Positions 28,493 to 39,293 of a DNA stretch of 64,000 nucleotides are shown here, in pieces. The DNA is from Capsulimonadales bacterium (GTDB lineage Bacteria; Armatimonadota; Armatimonadia; Armatimonadales; Armatimonadaceae): contig JANRLW010000043.1 of the NCBI GenBank assembly GCA_033762295.1, positions 64,001-128,000 of the forward strand. The letters are read 5' to 3'. The position numbers and the translations under genes are program-made. The notes below the pieces were generated by a model. The model was not told where the DNA came from, ran no database searches, and saw nothing but the letters and a program-made list of their open reading frames with translations. Numbering within the stretch: the stretch's first letter is position 1; each line of letters starts with the position of its first letter.

Positions 28493-31400
28493 ATGATCCA
28501 CGAAAACGCAATGCAACCAACGGTGCTGATCGTCAGCGATACGCCGGAAGCCATCCGTGCCATCGTCGAATACCCGGCTCACAAGGGACTGACGCCCTAT
28601 GACTCGAAAGTCGCCGGGACGGCGGCCGAAGCCCTGCGAATCTGCCGGTACGCGCTTCCGGATTGTATCCTGCTCGACCTGACGCTTCCCGACCGCTCCG
28701 GCGCGGATCTTCTCGTCGAACTGGCGAACGGTCGGCCTGTTTTGCCCTGCGCCGTCGTCGTGATGACGGAACCGGGGGAGGAACCCCTGGCGGTGGAGGC
28801 CATGAAACGCGGCGCGCACGATTATCTCGACCGGCTGCGCGCGACTCCGGAGATTCTTTCCCGCGTCATTGAAAATGCGATCCGTCGGTTCGAACTGGGC
28901 CGCGAAAACGACCGGCAGCGGAGTATCCTGCGCGAGAACGAGGAACGGCTGAGAATCGCCCTGCAGACCGCCCAGATGGGCAGCTACGAGTGGGACCTCG
29001 CCACCAACGTAATCCGCTGGCAGCCGGAATTGGAGCGTCTCTACGGGCTTCGTCCGGGCCATTTCGATGGCACCTACGAGCACTGGGTCTCGATGATCGA
29101 ACCGGAGGATCTTCCGACACTGGAACGGCTTCGGCCCGAACTCGTCTGGATGGGCGAGACCTCGGGCGATTTCCGAATCCATCGCCCCGATGGAACCGTG
29201 CGCTGGATCCATGCCCGTGACAAAATGGTGCGCGACCGTCACGGCACTCCCGAAAGGATCGTCGGCGTTCACGTCGACATCACCGAACGGAAGCAGGCGG
29301 AAGAGGCCCAGCAGCGTCAGTTCGAACGTCAAACGCTGTTGCTGGAGTGCTCACGATTGTTGCTGGCGAGCGGACGAGGGGACCGTGAGCGCACCGAGTT
29401 GGTGTTCGAACGGATTCGCGGACATCTGGACGCCGATATCTGTTTCCATTACGAACCCGACCCCGCCAACGGAGACCTTCGCCTGGTCGCCGGTATCGGC
29501 ATCCCGCCCGAAATGGCGGCGGAAGCGGCGCGGTTGGGCCTGGGACAGGCGTTCTGCGGGACGGTCGCGGAAACCTCTGCGCCGCTCCGACGGAACGCCG
29601 CCGAGGTGGCGGTCGATCCGCAAGGCGCGTTCGTTCGTCGGGCGGGGGGACGGTGTTACGCCTCCCATCCGTTGCTCTCCGGGACCGGCGGGCTGCTGGG
29701 AACTTTTTCCGTCGCCAGTTCGCGACGCGAATCGTTTTCCGACGAGGAGATCGGCTTCCTGCAGACCCTAGCACATCTGATGGCGCTCGCCGCCGAGCGG
29801 GAACGGACCGAGGCCGCACTTCACCTGAGCGATCAGCGATTCCGCCTCGCGTTCGAGCAAGCCAATATCGGAATCGCCTATGTCACCCCGGACGGGCGCT
29901 GGCTCCGGGTGAATGATCGGCTGTGCGCCATGCTCGGATACGCCTGCGAGGAGTTGATGCGCCTGCCGGCGTCCGCCATGTGGATTGCCGGTGAGGAAGG
30001 CGACGACCGGGAACTTCGGGAAAAGCTGCTGACCGGGGAGATCGGGTCGTTTGCCCGGGAAAAACGCTACCGGAAGAAAAATGGGGAAATCCTCTGGGTA
30101 CATCGAACCGTCGCGCTCGCCCGCGATGCGCAGGGACGCCCGGACTACTTCATTCTGATTGTCGAGGATATCTCGGACCGAAAACGGGCCGAGGAGGAGC
30201 GGCAGCATATCGTCGAAAGCGCCGGATGCCTGCTCTGGTCGTGCGAGGTTCGCAACGACGGCGAGAAACTTCGCTGGGAGACGACCTATTTTGACGAAGA
30301 GGCCGCCCAGCGTCTGGTGCCGATTCGTCCGAAACCCGGCAAGAGATACATCTGGCACTGGCATGATGTCCGGTTCCCGGAGGATCGCGAACGAAACTAT
30401 CGCCACGGGGAACGCTGTGTGCGGGCCGGTCAGGACTACCAGGATGAGTTCCGCATGCGGGCCGAGGATGGTTCGGTGCGCTGGCTGCGGGAGGATGTGC
30501 GGGTTCGGACGATCGAGGAAGGGCAACGCTGGAGCCTCGTCGGTGTCTGCACCGATATCACGAGCCTGAAAGCGGCGGAAGCCGAACGGACCTACGTACT
30601 CGAAAGCGCCCGCTGCCTTCTCTGGCACGCGACCGTCCACGATATCGGAACCGACGCGCTGGAGTGGGAAGTCTCCTCACCCTCGGCGGAAAGCGGTAAC
30701 CGTTTCGTCATCCTCGAAGTCCCTCCGCACAAAACGTATATGGATATGTTCCACGCCGCCAGGTTGCCGGAGGACCGGGAACGGACGGATCGGGACGGCA
30801 ACCGTCATCTGCGTGAGGATCGGGGGTATCAGCAGGAGTTCCGGGTGCGGGCCGCGTCCGGTGAGATACGCTGGGTCCATGAATCGGTCCGGGTGGATGT
30901 TCTCGAACCGGGGAAACGGTGGCGACTGGCCGGGGTCTGTGTCGATATCACCGAACAAAAACGCGCGGAGGAGTTAATCCGTAACGAAAAGGAGCTGCTG
31001 AGCCGGGTCGCTGAGACAGTGCCGGGCGTGGTCTGCGCGTACCGGCTCGATCCGGACGGACGCGTTTCGATGCCATATGCCGCGCCGGGTATCCGCGACC
31101 TCTACGGATTGACACCGGAGGACGTGCGGGAGGATGCCTCCCGCCTCATGGAACTCTGGCACCCCGGGGACCGTGACCTGCTGATTTCCACCATCGACGA
31201 ATCGCGACGGACGATGGCTCCCTGGCAATGCGAGTTCCGTGCGCTTGTTCCGACGCGCGGGGAGATCTGGGTCGAAGGGCATTCGGTGCCGAAACGGGAG
31301 GACGACGGCAGTACCATCTGGTATGGCATGCTGACCGAAATCACCGGGCGAAAGCGTGCTGAAGAGTTCGCGTACGGCCATCGTGAGGTGCTGGAACGGA

Positions 31401-33874
31401 TCGCCGACACCGCTCCGCTGGCCGAAACGATCGACCTCCTGCTGCGACACACGGAGCGGTACTCTCCGGGGATGATCTGCGGCGTGCTGCTGCCCGACGC
31501 GGACGGTAAGCGTCTCCGCCATATCGCCGGTCCGAGCCTTCCGGAGCCGTATGTGCGGGCGATCGATGGTGTGGAGATCGGGCCGAATGCCGGGAGTTGC
31601 GGAACCGCCGCCTACCGGCGAGATACGGTGTTCGTCGAGGATATCGCCACCGATCCGCTCTGGCAGGATTTTCGGCACCTGGCATTGCCCCATGGTCTCC
31701 GCGCCTGCTGGTCGACTCCGGTTCTCGACCGCGACGGCACGGTGCTCGGGACATTCGCCGCCTATTTCCGAAACCCGGTTCTGCCGTCGCCGTCCCATCT
31801 GGTTCTGGCGCAGGATGTCATTCGGACGCTGACCCTTTGCCTGCGGAGGCATCGGGCGGAACAGGCGTTACGGGAAAGCGAAAACCGCCTGCGCGACCTG
31901 ATTGAGGGGCTTCCGCAGCTGGTCTGGACCTGTGAACCGCAGGGAACCTGTGACTACCTCAGTCCGCAATGGGTCGAATATACAGGTGTCCCGATGGTGG
32001 AGCAACTGGAATACGGCTGGGGTAAGCAGATCCATCCGGAGGATTTACCCGGTCTCCTCGAGGATTGGAAAGCGGTTGTCGACAGCGGCGAACCCGGTCG
32101 GCTGTTGTTTCGCATCCGTCGGTGGGACGGCGTGTACCGCTGGTTCGACACCCGTGCCATCCCCCTCCGGGACGAGAACGGCCGGGTGATCAAGTGGTTC
32201 GGCACCAATACCGATATCGAGGATAGCGAGCGTACGAAACAGGCGTTGCGCGACGAGCAGGAGCGATTCACGCGCGTCGCCTCCTCCGTTCCCGGAGCGA
32301 TCTATTCGTTCCGACTCAGTCCCGACGGTTCGATCAGTTTGCCGTACGCCAGTCCGGCACTGCGCGAAATCGTCGGAGCGGACGCGGAGACGTTCCGGCA
32401 CGACGCCTCGGGTATCTACGAAATGATCGATCCCGCAGATATCGATCATTTCCGGTCCTCGATCCTGGAATCGGGACGGACCCTTACCGAGTGGAACTGT
32501 GAGTTCCGCCTCCGCCATCCCCGGAAGGGACTGCTCTGGATTGAGGGGCGATCGACGCCGGTGGCCGAACCGGACGGAAGCATCCTCTGGCATGGTTTTC
32601 TTTCGGATATCACCCGCCGAAAACAGGCCGAGGAATCGGTCATCCGCCTGAATGCCGAACTGGAGAAGCGGGTCCGTGAGCGAACGCGCGAACTCGTCCG
32701 GGCCAAGGAGGAGGCGGAGCGGGAACGCCTGGCCGCCGATGTCGCGCGGCGTGAGTCCGATAAAGCCAACGCCGCCAAGAGCGAGTTTCTTTCGCGCATG
32801 AGCCACGAACTGCGAACGCCGCTCAACAGTATTCTGGGATTCGCCCAGGTGATGGAGATGCAGTCCGCCGACCCCCGGCAGACGGCGCGCATCGGCCATA
32901 TTCTCAAAGCCGGAAAGCACCTGCTCCAGCTGATCAACGAAGTTCTGGACATGGCGCGTGTCGAGGCCGGTCACCTGTCCCTGTCCCTGGAACCGATCAA
33001 CCTGCGCCTGGCCGTGGAAACCGTGCTGGACCTGATCCGCCCGTTGAGCCAGCAGCAATCGCTATCGGTCGTCCACGATTTACCAGGGACCGACGATGTC
33101 TTCGTCCTCGCCGATCAGCAGCGGCTCTCCCAGGTGTTGCTGAATCTGCTTTCCAATGCCGTAAAATACAACCGGGTCGGCGGCGAGGTGCGAGTCGGGA
33201 TCGAGGATGCCGGAAGGGACCGGGTCCGTATCAACGTTTCGGATACCGGCAGGGGAATCGCCCCGGAGGATCTGAGGCTGCTGTTTTTACCGTTCGAGCG
33301 GGTCGGGAACCAGATGGAGAACATCGAGGGGACCGGATTGGGACTCGCGCTGTCGAAACGTCTTGTGGAAGCGATGGGGGGAGCGATCGGTGTCGAAAGC
33401 GTTCCCGGGAAGGGCAGTACCTTCCGGTTCGAACTGGTGCGGGCGGCGGGACTCCCCGACCCCGCACTACCCGCCGCGGAGACGGGCTTGCCGTCGGCAC
33501 CCGAACATAACCATACGATTCTCTATATCGAAGACAATCTGGCCAATCTCCAGTTCATCGAGGAGGTGCTCGCGGATCGTCCGAATATCCGCATCGTCCG
33601 GTCCATGCAGGGGACCGTCGGTCTGGAACTGGCACGGCAGCGTCCGCCGTCGCTGATTCTGCTGGACCTGCATTTACCGGATCTTTCGGGTGAGGAGGTA
33701 CTGCGCCGACTGCGATCGGACCCGCGAACATGCGACGTGCCGGTAGTGGTGATCTCCGCTGCGGCGATCACCGACAACGGGCGTCGGCTCCGCGAACTGG
33801 GAGCCTCCAATTTTCTGATGAAGCCGGTCGATGTCCGGCAATTCCTCGAGACGATCGCCGATATTCTGCCGTAA
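28493..33874 (+). CDS. Hybrid sensor histidine kinase (REC, multiple PAS/GAF, HisKA, HATPase, REC)
   Basis: SRMSHELRTPLN H-box, NLLSNAVKYN, DTGRGI, GTGLGL; many PAS-PAC DITERK motifs; REC domains at both ends. Confidence 0.95.
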   Translation: MIHENAMQPTVLIVSDTPEAIRAIVEYPAHKGLTPYDSKVAGTAAEALRICRYALPDCILLDLTLPDRSGADLLVELANGRPVLPCAVVVMTEPGEEPLAVEAMKRGAHDYLDRLRATPEILSRVIENAIRRFELGRENDRQRSILRENEERLRIALQTAQMGSYEWDLATNVIRWQPELERLYGLRPGHFDGTYEHWVSMIEPEDLPTLERLRPELVWMGETSGDFRIHRPDGTVRWIHARDKMVRDRHGTPERIVGVHVDITERKQAEEAQQRQFERQTLLLECSRLLLASGRGDRERTELVFERIRGHLDADICFHYEPDPANGDLRLVAGIGIPPEMAAEAARLGLGQAFCGTVAETSAPLRRNAAEVAVDPQGAFVRRAGGRCYASHPLLSGTGGLLGTFSVASSRRESFSDEEIGFLQTLAHLMALAAERERTEAALHLSDQRFRLAFEQANIGIAYVTPDGRWLRVNDRLCAMLGYACEELMRLPASAMWIAGEEGDDRELREKLLTGEIGSFAREKRYRKKNGEILWVHRTVALARDAQGRPDYFILIVEDISDRKRAEEERQHIVESAGCLLWSCEVRNDGEKLRWETTYFDEEAAQRLVPIRPKPGKRYIWHWHDVRFPEDRERNYRHGERCVRAGQDYQDEFRMRAEDGSVRWLREDVRVRTIEEGQRWSLVGVCTDITSLKAAEAERTYVLESARCLLWHATVHDIGTDALEWEVSSPSAESGNRFVILEVPPHKTYMDMFHAARLPEDRERTDRDGNRHLREDRGYQQEFRVRAASGEIRWVHESVRVDVLEPGKRWRLAGVCVDITEQKRAEELIRNEKELLSRVAETVPGVVCAYRLDPDGRVSMPYAAPGIRDLYGLTPEDVREDASRLMELWHPGDRDLLISTIDESRRTMAPWQCEFRALVPTRGEIWVEGHSVPKREDDGSTIWYGMLTEITGRKRAEEFAYGHREVLERIADTAPLAETIDLLLRHTERYSPGMICGVLLPDADGKRLRHIAGPSLPEPYVRAIDGVEIGPNAGSCGTAAYRRDTVFVEDIATDPLWQDFRHLALPHGLRACWSTPVLDRDGTVLGTFAAYFRNPVLPSPSHLVLAQDVIRTLTLCLRRHRAEQALRESENRLRDLIEGLPQLVWTCEPQGTCDYLSPQWVEYTGVPMVEQLEYGWGKQIHPEDLPGLLEDWKAVVDSGEPGRLLFRIRRWDGVYRWFDTRAIPLRDENGRVIKWFGTNTDIEDSERTKQALRDEQERFTRVASSVPGAIYSFRLSPDGSISLPYASPALREIVGADAETFRHDASGIYEMIDPADIDHFRSSILESGRTLTEWNCEFRLRHPRKGLLWIEGRSTPVAEPDGSILWHGFLSDITRRKQAEESVIRLNAELEKRVRERTRELVRAKEEAERERLAADVARRESDKANAAKSEFLSRMSHELRTPLNSILGFAQVMEMQSADPRQTARIGHILKAGKHLLQLINEVLDMARVEAGHLSLSLEPINLRLAVETVLDLIRPLSQQQSLSVVHDLPGTDDVFVLADQQRLSQVLLNLLSNAVKYNRVGGEVRVGIEDAGRDRVRINVSDTGRGIAPEDLRLLFLPFERVGNQMENIEGTGLGLALSKRLVEAMGGAIGVESVPGKGSTFRFELVRAAGLPDPALPAAETGLPSAPEHNHTILYIEDNLANLQFIEEVLADRPNIRIVRSMQGTVGLELARQRPPSLILLDLHLPDLSGEEVLRRLRSDPRTCDVPVVVISAAAITDNGRRLRELGASNFLMKPVDVRQFLETIADILP

Positions 33875-33932
33875 CCTGGAAACCCGGCAGAGACGATGAA
33901 AGGCAGGGAGGCTGAGAAAGGAACTGCGTCCA

Positions 33933-35063
33933 TTGAAACGTCCGCGGAAACCGAACGAAGCCACGCCGGTGAACGAACAGAAAGCGTTGTATGCGGCGGT
34001 GCGGAATGCACGGATTCTAATTGTCGATGACGAGCCGGCGAATATCGCGGTCGTAACCGACATGCTGATGGATGCGGGTTACGCACAACTGCTCGGAACG
34101 GTCGACCCGTTCCAGGTTCTCGGCGCCACGGAGTCGTTCCGTCCCGACCTGATTCTGCTCGATATGATGATGCCCGGCCTCGATGGCGCGGCGGTGATGG
34201 ATCAACTGACGGAAGCGTACGGGGGCAATTTCGAGGTTCCGATCCTGGTTTTGACCGCCGATGCTTCCCTGCGAACAAAACGTTTCGTGCTCGCCAAAGG
34301 CGCGAGCGATTTCCTGACGAAACCCTTTGACGTCACCGAACTCCTTCTGCGGATCGAGAACCTGCTGGAAACCCGATTCCTGCAGGTGCGGCTCAAGGAG
34401 CAGAACGATCTGCTGGAACAACGGGTGCGAGAGCGGACGGCCGAACTGGAAGCGGCGCAGCGGCGGATTGCGGATTATGCCGAGGAACTGGAGGGGGCGT
34501 ACACCGAAACCCTGGAACGGCTCGCCCGCGTGATCGAGTTTCGCGACGATGAGACCGGCCAGCACACGCATCGGGTCGGTGTGACGGCGACCATGATCGC
34601 CGAACGCCTGGGCTTCAGCCCGGAACAGGCGCGACGGATCGGCCAGGCGGGTCGCCTGCACGATATCGGGAAGGTCGCCATCTCGGATCAGACGCTTCTC
34701 AAACCGGGACGACTCACCGACGAGGAGTTCGAGGTGATGAAGTCGCACGCCTCGATCGGCGGGGTGCTGTTCGAAGGCGGGCGTTCGGAGATGATCCGGA
34801 TGGCCTACCGGATCGCCGCGAGCCACCACGAACGCTGGGACGGGACGGGATATCCGCTCGGTTTGGTCGGGGAGGCGATTCCGATCGAGGCCCGCATTCT
34901 GGCCGTCGCCGATGTGTTCGACGCGTTGACACATGCGCGTCCGTACAAGCCGGCCTGGCCCGTCGCCGAGGCGGTCGCCGAGATCGCACGGCAGAGCGGG
35001 CGGCAGTTCGATCCGAAGGTCGTCGCCGTCTTCCTCGAACTGCCGCACGAAACGCTGGTCTGA
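33933..35063 (+). CDS. Response regulator with HD-GYP c-di-GMP phosphodiesterase domain (RpfG family)
   Basis: REC (VDDE, LLDMMMP, FLTKP), LHDIGK, HHERWDGTGYP, DVFDALT..RPYK. Confidence 0.95.
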   Translation: MKRPRKPNEATPVNEQKALYAAVRNARILIVDDEPANIAVVTDMLMDAGYAQLLGTVDPFQVLGATESFRPDLILLDMMMPGLDGAAVMDQLTEAYGGNFEVPILVLTADASLRTKRFVLAKGASDFLTKPFDVTELLLRIENLLETRFLQVRLKEQNDLLEQRVRERTAELEAAQRRIADYAEELEGAYTETLERLARVIEFRDDETGQHTHRVGVTATMIAERLGFSPEQARRIGQAGRLHDIGKVAISDQTLLKPGRLTDEEFEVMKSHASIGGVLFEGGRSEMIRMAYRIAASHHERWDGTGYPLGLVGEAIPIEARILAVADVFDALTHARPYKPAWPVAEAVAEIARQSGRQFDPKVVAVFLELPHETLV

Positions 35064-35109
35064 GCCGGCCCGATCGGACGGATCGGGCGGATCGGCCGGA
35101 TCGGGCCAA

Positions 35110-36060
35110 TCAGGCGAGCACGGCTTTGATCTCCGCGTGGTCGGCTTCGGAAAGGGTGACACCGGACGCCGCCACGTTATCATTGATCTGGTCCGGGCGC
35201 GACGCTCCGATAATGACGCTCGAAACTTCGGGACGGCGCAGGCACCAGGCGAGGGCCATCTGCGACAGGGTGATCCCGTTGCGCTGCGCGATCGGAAACA
35301 GCCGCTGGACCTTTTCCAGCAGGTTCTCGTCCAGCTTTCCCCGATTCATCCAGGTGTTCTGGTCCGGGTCCGAGGCGCGGGACCCTTCCGGCAGCGGCAT
35401 CCCCGGTTTATACTTGCCGGTCAGGAGACCCTGCGCCAGCGGCGAGTAGACGATCAGCCCGATACCGAGCCGGGCGCAGGTCGGAAGCACCTCCTTTTCA
35501 ATGTTGCGGTGAAGAGCATTGTATTGCGGCTGGTTGGAGGCGATCGGGTGAAGGTCGTACTCGGAAACGAATTTATCGGCCTCGTTGAGCTGCGCGGCCG
35601 ACCACTCGGACACCCCGTAGTACAGGATCTTTCCCTGGCGAACCAGATCGTCGAAGGCCATCAGGGTCTCTTCGACCGGAGTGTCGTTATCGTAACGATG
35701 CGCCTGGTAAATATCGATATACTCGGTTCCGAGGCGTTTCAGGCTGGCATGGCACTGTTCGAAGATATGCTTTCGCGAAAGCCCACGGTCGTTCGGGCCG
35801 CTCCCCATCGGAAAATAGACTTTGGTGGCCAGCACAAAGGAGGAGCGGGGGTAGGCGGACAGCGACTTCCCGACGATCTCTTCGCTGCGTCCGCCCGCAT
35901 AGGCATTCGCCGTATCGAAAAGGTTGACCCCCAGATCGTAGGCGCGTTCGATACAGGCGCGGGCGGTTTCGTCCGCCGAGGCTCCGCCGTAGGTCAACCA
36001 GGACCCCAGGCTCACCTCCGACACGCGGACGCCGAATTTTCCGAGTTTGCGGTATTTCAA
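35110..36060 (-). CDS. Aldo/keto reductase
   Basis: LGSWLT, FDTANAY, LATKV, IDIYQAH, YSPLAQGLLTGKY; TTG start. Confidence 0.93.
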   Translation of the reverse strand: MKYRKLGKFGVRVSEVSLGSWLTYGGASADETARACIERAYDLGVNLFDTANAYAGGRSEEIVGKSLSAYPRSSFVLATKVYFPMGSGPNDRGLSRKHIFEQCHASLKRLGTEYIDIYQAHRYDNDTPVEETLMAFDDLVRQGKILYYGVSEWSAAQLNEADKFVSEYDLHPIASNQPQYNALHRNIEKEVLPTCARLGIGLIVYSPLAQGLLTGKYKPGMPLPEGSRASDPDQNTWMNRGKLDENLLEKVQRLFPIAQRNGITLSQMALAWCLRRPEVSSVIIGASRPDQINDNVAASGVTLSEADHAEIKAVLA

Positions 36061-36202
36061 GGTTTTCGTTCTTCCTGTGAATTGATTTCTCTTCGGGATT
36101 CGTTGTGGGAAGGCCGATTTCCTGTCCGTCCGTCCTTTCCGAACGAGCGGGCAGGAAGGTCCGGAACGGTCGCCGAAGCAAAGAGGGAAGGGAACAACGA
36201 CC

Positions 36203-36970
36203 ATGCAACTGGGCATACAAACGATCATTTTCGGCAAACGCACGGGCGAGGACCTGCCGGGCGTCCTCAGGGATATCAAGGCCGCCGGGTACGACGGGGT
36301 GGAGTTCGGCATGGGCAGCCGAACGCCGGAAGAGGTTCTGACCCTGTTTCGTTCGGAGAATCTGGCGGTCTGCGGCTACCATGCCGGATACAACACGTTT
36401 ACCGATCCGGAGGAGACAAAAAAGCAGGGCAAACACCTGGCGGCGGTCGGCGGAAAGTACCTGATGTGTTCCGGGATCGAGGGCTGGCAGAAAGCCGATC
36501 GGGACGCTTACCTGCGTTCGGCGGAAAACTTCAACCGGGCGGGCGCGGCGCTGCGCGAGGAAGGCGTCCATTTCTGTTATCACAACCATAACTGGGAGTT
36601 CTTCCCCCTTGCCGACGGCGGTAACGGCATGGATCTCCTGATCGCCCACACGGACCCGGAACTGGTGAAGCTCTGCCCCGACGTCTACTGGCTTGCCTGC
36701 GGCGGCAACGACCCGGCGGCCTGGATTCGGCAGAACGCCGCGCGTTGCGTCTACTTCCACTTCAAGGATGGAACCTTCGACGCCGCCACGCAGCAGCCGA
36801 CGACCTTTACCGAACTGGGGCGCGGCGCGGTGGACCTGGTCGGAGCGATCGCCGCCGTTCGTGAACTCAACCCGGAATGGGTCGTTACCGAGCAGGATCG
36901 TACCGAAGGCGATCCGGCGGAATCGGCGCGCATCTCGGCCGAATACGCACGGACGACCCTCGGCATCTGA
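36203..36970 (+). CDS. Sugar phosphate isomerase/epimerase (xylose isomerase-like TIM barrel)
   Basis: GYDGVE, YHNHNWEF, DVYW, HFKD, ELGRG, EQD. Confidence 0.9.
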   Translation: MQLGIQTIIFGKRTGEDLPGVLRDIKAAGYDGVEFGMGSRTPEEVLTLFRSENLAVCGYHAGYNTFTDPEETKKQGKHLAAVGGKYLMCSGIEGWQKADRDAYLRSAENFNRAGAALREEGVHFCYHNHNWEFFPLADGGNGMDLLIAHTDPELVKLCPDVYWLACGGNDPAAWIRQNAARCVYFHFKDGTFDAATQQPTTFTELGRGAVDLVGAIAAVRELNPEWVVTEQDRTEGDPAESARISAEYARTTLGI

Positions 36971-37016
36971 CACCGCCGGTCCCGCCCCAATTGCCTCCCC
37001 GCCCGTCCGGGGAGGC

Positions 37017-39266
37017 TCAGGACAGGTCCAGCCTCGGCAGCGAGGCGGCGAGCCGATACCAGCGGCGCGCATGGGTCGCGTGGGCGTACTCCGGGCGAAA
37101 GCCCAGTCGTAGATAGACTTTGATCGCCGGAACCCGGAAATCGTCCGTATGGAGCACGGCATCGCGGCAGCCAAGGTTCACGAACTCGTGGAGGGTCGCC
37201 AGCGATACCAGGTAGCCCAGACCCTTCCCCCGATGGTCGGGGTCCGCGCCCACCCAGTGAACATACCCCGATTCCGGGAACTCGTCGGGCAGAAGCCGGG
37301 CGGAAGCCGTCGCCACAACACGCCCATCCTGCTCGATCACGAACACCGATCGAACGCTTTCATCGTCGAATAGCCATTGCTGCGCTTCGGCAATGCCCCA
37401 GGTCATCTCCGCGAACGCTTTTTGCTGGACCGACGCGATGCCCTCCGCGTCCGACCGAACGGCTTTTCGCAACGTGTACCCTTCGGGCAGTTCGATCGGC
37501 GGAAGTCCGTTCAGGTGCGGGCGGCGCAGCAACAACTGCGGTCGGTCGCCGGTTTCACGGAACAGTCGGCGCAGAACCGATAACGACAGTTTGGAGCGTC
37601 GGTCGCGCGCGACGACGCCGAACGGAGAGGTGGTGAGCCGGCGAAGCCAGTCGTCCTCGGCCCAGGGATGATCCGCCCAGCACCAGACGGTCGCTCCGGC
37701 GACGGAGGGATGGGACAGGATCGCCTTCCATTCCGCCTCGATTACCCGCGCCTGCTCGTCCTCGGAGACACCGCCATCGTGGACTCCGGCAATGCCCGGA
37801 TAACCGAACTCGGTGATCAGGATCGGCTTCTCCGGATATCGCGCGGCGAGGGAGGCGATTGCGTCTTTCCAGCGGGCGGCGCCGTCCTTCGCCTCGATCA
37901 GCGGCTCCCCGCCCCATTGCCGGGCTCCCCACGTCGGGTATCGGTTGACGCAGCAAACATCGTCGGCGTCGAAATGCGCGTGGTCGGGCCAACGGTCCGA
38001 AACATGGACCGCGAGCCGGGACGGGTCCAGCTGTTTCGCCAGTCGCACGAGTTCGGCGTTGCCCTGCGCGACGAGCCCGTTCGCCTCGTGGGTTTCGTTG
38101 GAGACGGAGAAAAACACGAGCGACGGGTGGTTGAAATCCCGTTCGATCATCCGGGTCAGTTGACGACGAGCGGCGGCGAGTTTGGCGGCATGGTTCTCCT
38201 CGCGGTCGCCCCACCAGTACAGCGGAATCTCGGTCATGGCGAGAAGACCGATCTCATCGCACAGGGCAAGCGTCGCCTCATCGTGAGGATAGTGGCAGAG
38301 ACGAACGAAGTTGGCGCCGAGGTCCTTCAGGCGCAGAAGATCCTGACGAGCGGCCTCGGGATCGGCGCACAGGGAGGCGTGTTCGCTATCCTCGTGACGA
38401 TTGAACCCGCAGAGCAGAAGCGGCTGACCGTTGAGCCTCAGGCGACCACGGAGCGTTTCGATCCGTCGAAAACCGAAACGGATCTCGGTGCGGTCGGGCG
38501 TATCGGAGCCGTCGCGCAATCGCAGGCGGGCGCGATAGAGCACCGGGTTCTCGGGTGTCCAGGGAGTGATTCCGGTGACGCGGCCGGAAACGGTGATCTC
38601 GGCGGACTGACGCGGCGCGACGATACCCGTCTCCATAAAGGCCCCGCGCCAGGAGCTGCGGTCATCCTCGATCACCATGTCGAGGGTGACGCTGGCCGTT
38701 TCGGCCCGTCCGTTTTCCACCGTGGCCTGAAGGACGAAGGTGCCGTCAGGCCAGGCATTCAGCCGTGTTGTCCGGATACGGAGCGGGTCCCCGGCGAGCA
38801 AACGAACGGAACGCAGAATGCCGCCATAGGGCCGCCATCCCCGTTGCGGACCCGGCACCTCCCCGTCCCGCCGGGTGTTGTCGGCGCGAACGACCACGGT
38901 GTTCTCCCCGCCGTACCGCACGGCTTCGGTGATATCGCACTCGAAGGGGAGGAACCCGTCCGGGTTATCGCCGACGAGGATTCCGTTCAAGTACACCCTT
39001 GCGGTATAGTTGACCGCGCCAAACCGCAAACGGACCTGCAATCCGCGCCAGTCCTTCGGGACGGCAAAGGAGCGACGGAACCAACCGGTCCCTTCGTAAC
39101 CGGCCATCCCGGGACCGCAGTCATCAAAGACCGACGGAACGCGGACCTCACGCCAGTGCGGAGCGTTTTCGTAATCCGGACCGTTCCATCCCCGTAGTTC
39201 GCCTTCGGCGAAGGGATCGGGAACAAAGCGCCAGATGCCATCGAGAACCAGATCGTAATGCCGCAT
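37017..39266 (-). CDS. Glycoside hydrolase family 2 (beta-glucuronidase/galactosidase-like) fused to a C-terminal GNAT domain
   Basis: GFNRHED, RLCHYPH, NHPS..FSVSNE, ITEFG; C-terminal VGADPDHRGKGLG..AIKVYLRLGF. Confidence 0.88.
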   Translation of the reverse strand: MRHYDLVLDGIWRFVPDPFAEGELRGWNGPDYENAPHWREVRVPSVFDDCGPGMAGYEGTGWFRRSFAVPKDWRGLQVRLRFGAVNYTARVYLNGILVGDNPDGFLPFECDITEAVRYGGENTVVVRADNTRRDGEVPGPQRGWRPYGGILRSVRLLAGDPLRIRTTRLNAWPDGTFVLQATVENGRAETASVTLDMVIEDDRSSWRGAFMETGIVAPRQSAEITVSGRVTGITPWTPENPVLYRARLRLRDGSDTPDRTEIRFGFRRIETLRGRLRLNGQPLLLCGFNRHEDSEHASLCADPEAARQDLLRLKDLGANFVRLCHYPHDEATLALCDEIGLLAMTEIPLYWWGDREENHAAKLAAARRQLTRMIERDFNHPSLVFFSVSNETHEANGLVAQGNAELVRLAKQLDPSRLAVHVSDRWPDHAHFDADDVCCVNRYPTWGARQWGGEPLIEAKDGAARWKDAIASLAARYPEKPILITEFGYPGIAGVHDGGVSEDEQARVIEAEWKAILSHPSVAGATVWCWADHPWAEDDWLRRLTTSPFGVVARDRRSKLSLSVLRRLFRETGDRPQLLLRRPHLNGLPPIELPEGYTLRKAVRSDAEGIASVQQKAFAEMTWGIAEAQQWLFDDESVRSVFVIEQDGRVVATASARLLPDEFPESGYVHWVGADPDHRGKGLGYLVSLATLHEFVNLGCRDAVLHTDDFRVPAIKVYLRLGFRPEYAHATHARRWYRLAASLPRLDLS

Positions 39267-39293
39267 GTGGGTGCCTCCTTTTCGGGTGAACGT

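Noticed and set aside
35064..35109. CGGATCGG triple repeat
   Set aside because: Short GC-rich hairpin between convergent genes, most simply a terminator-like element
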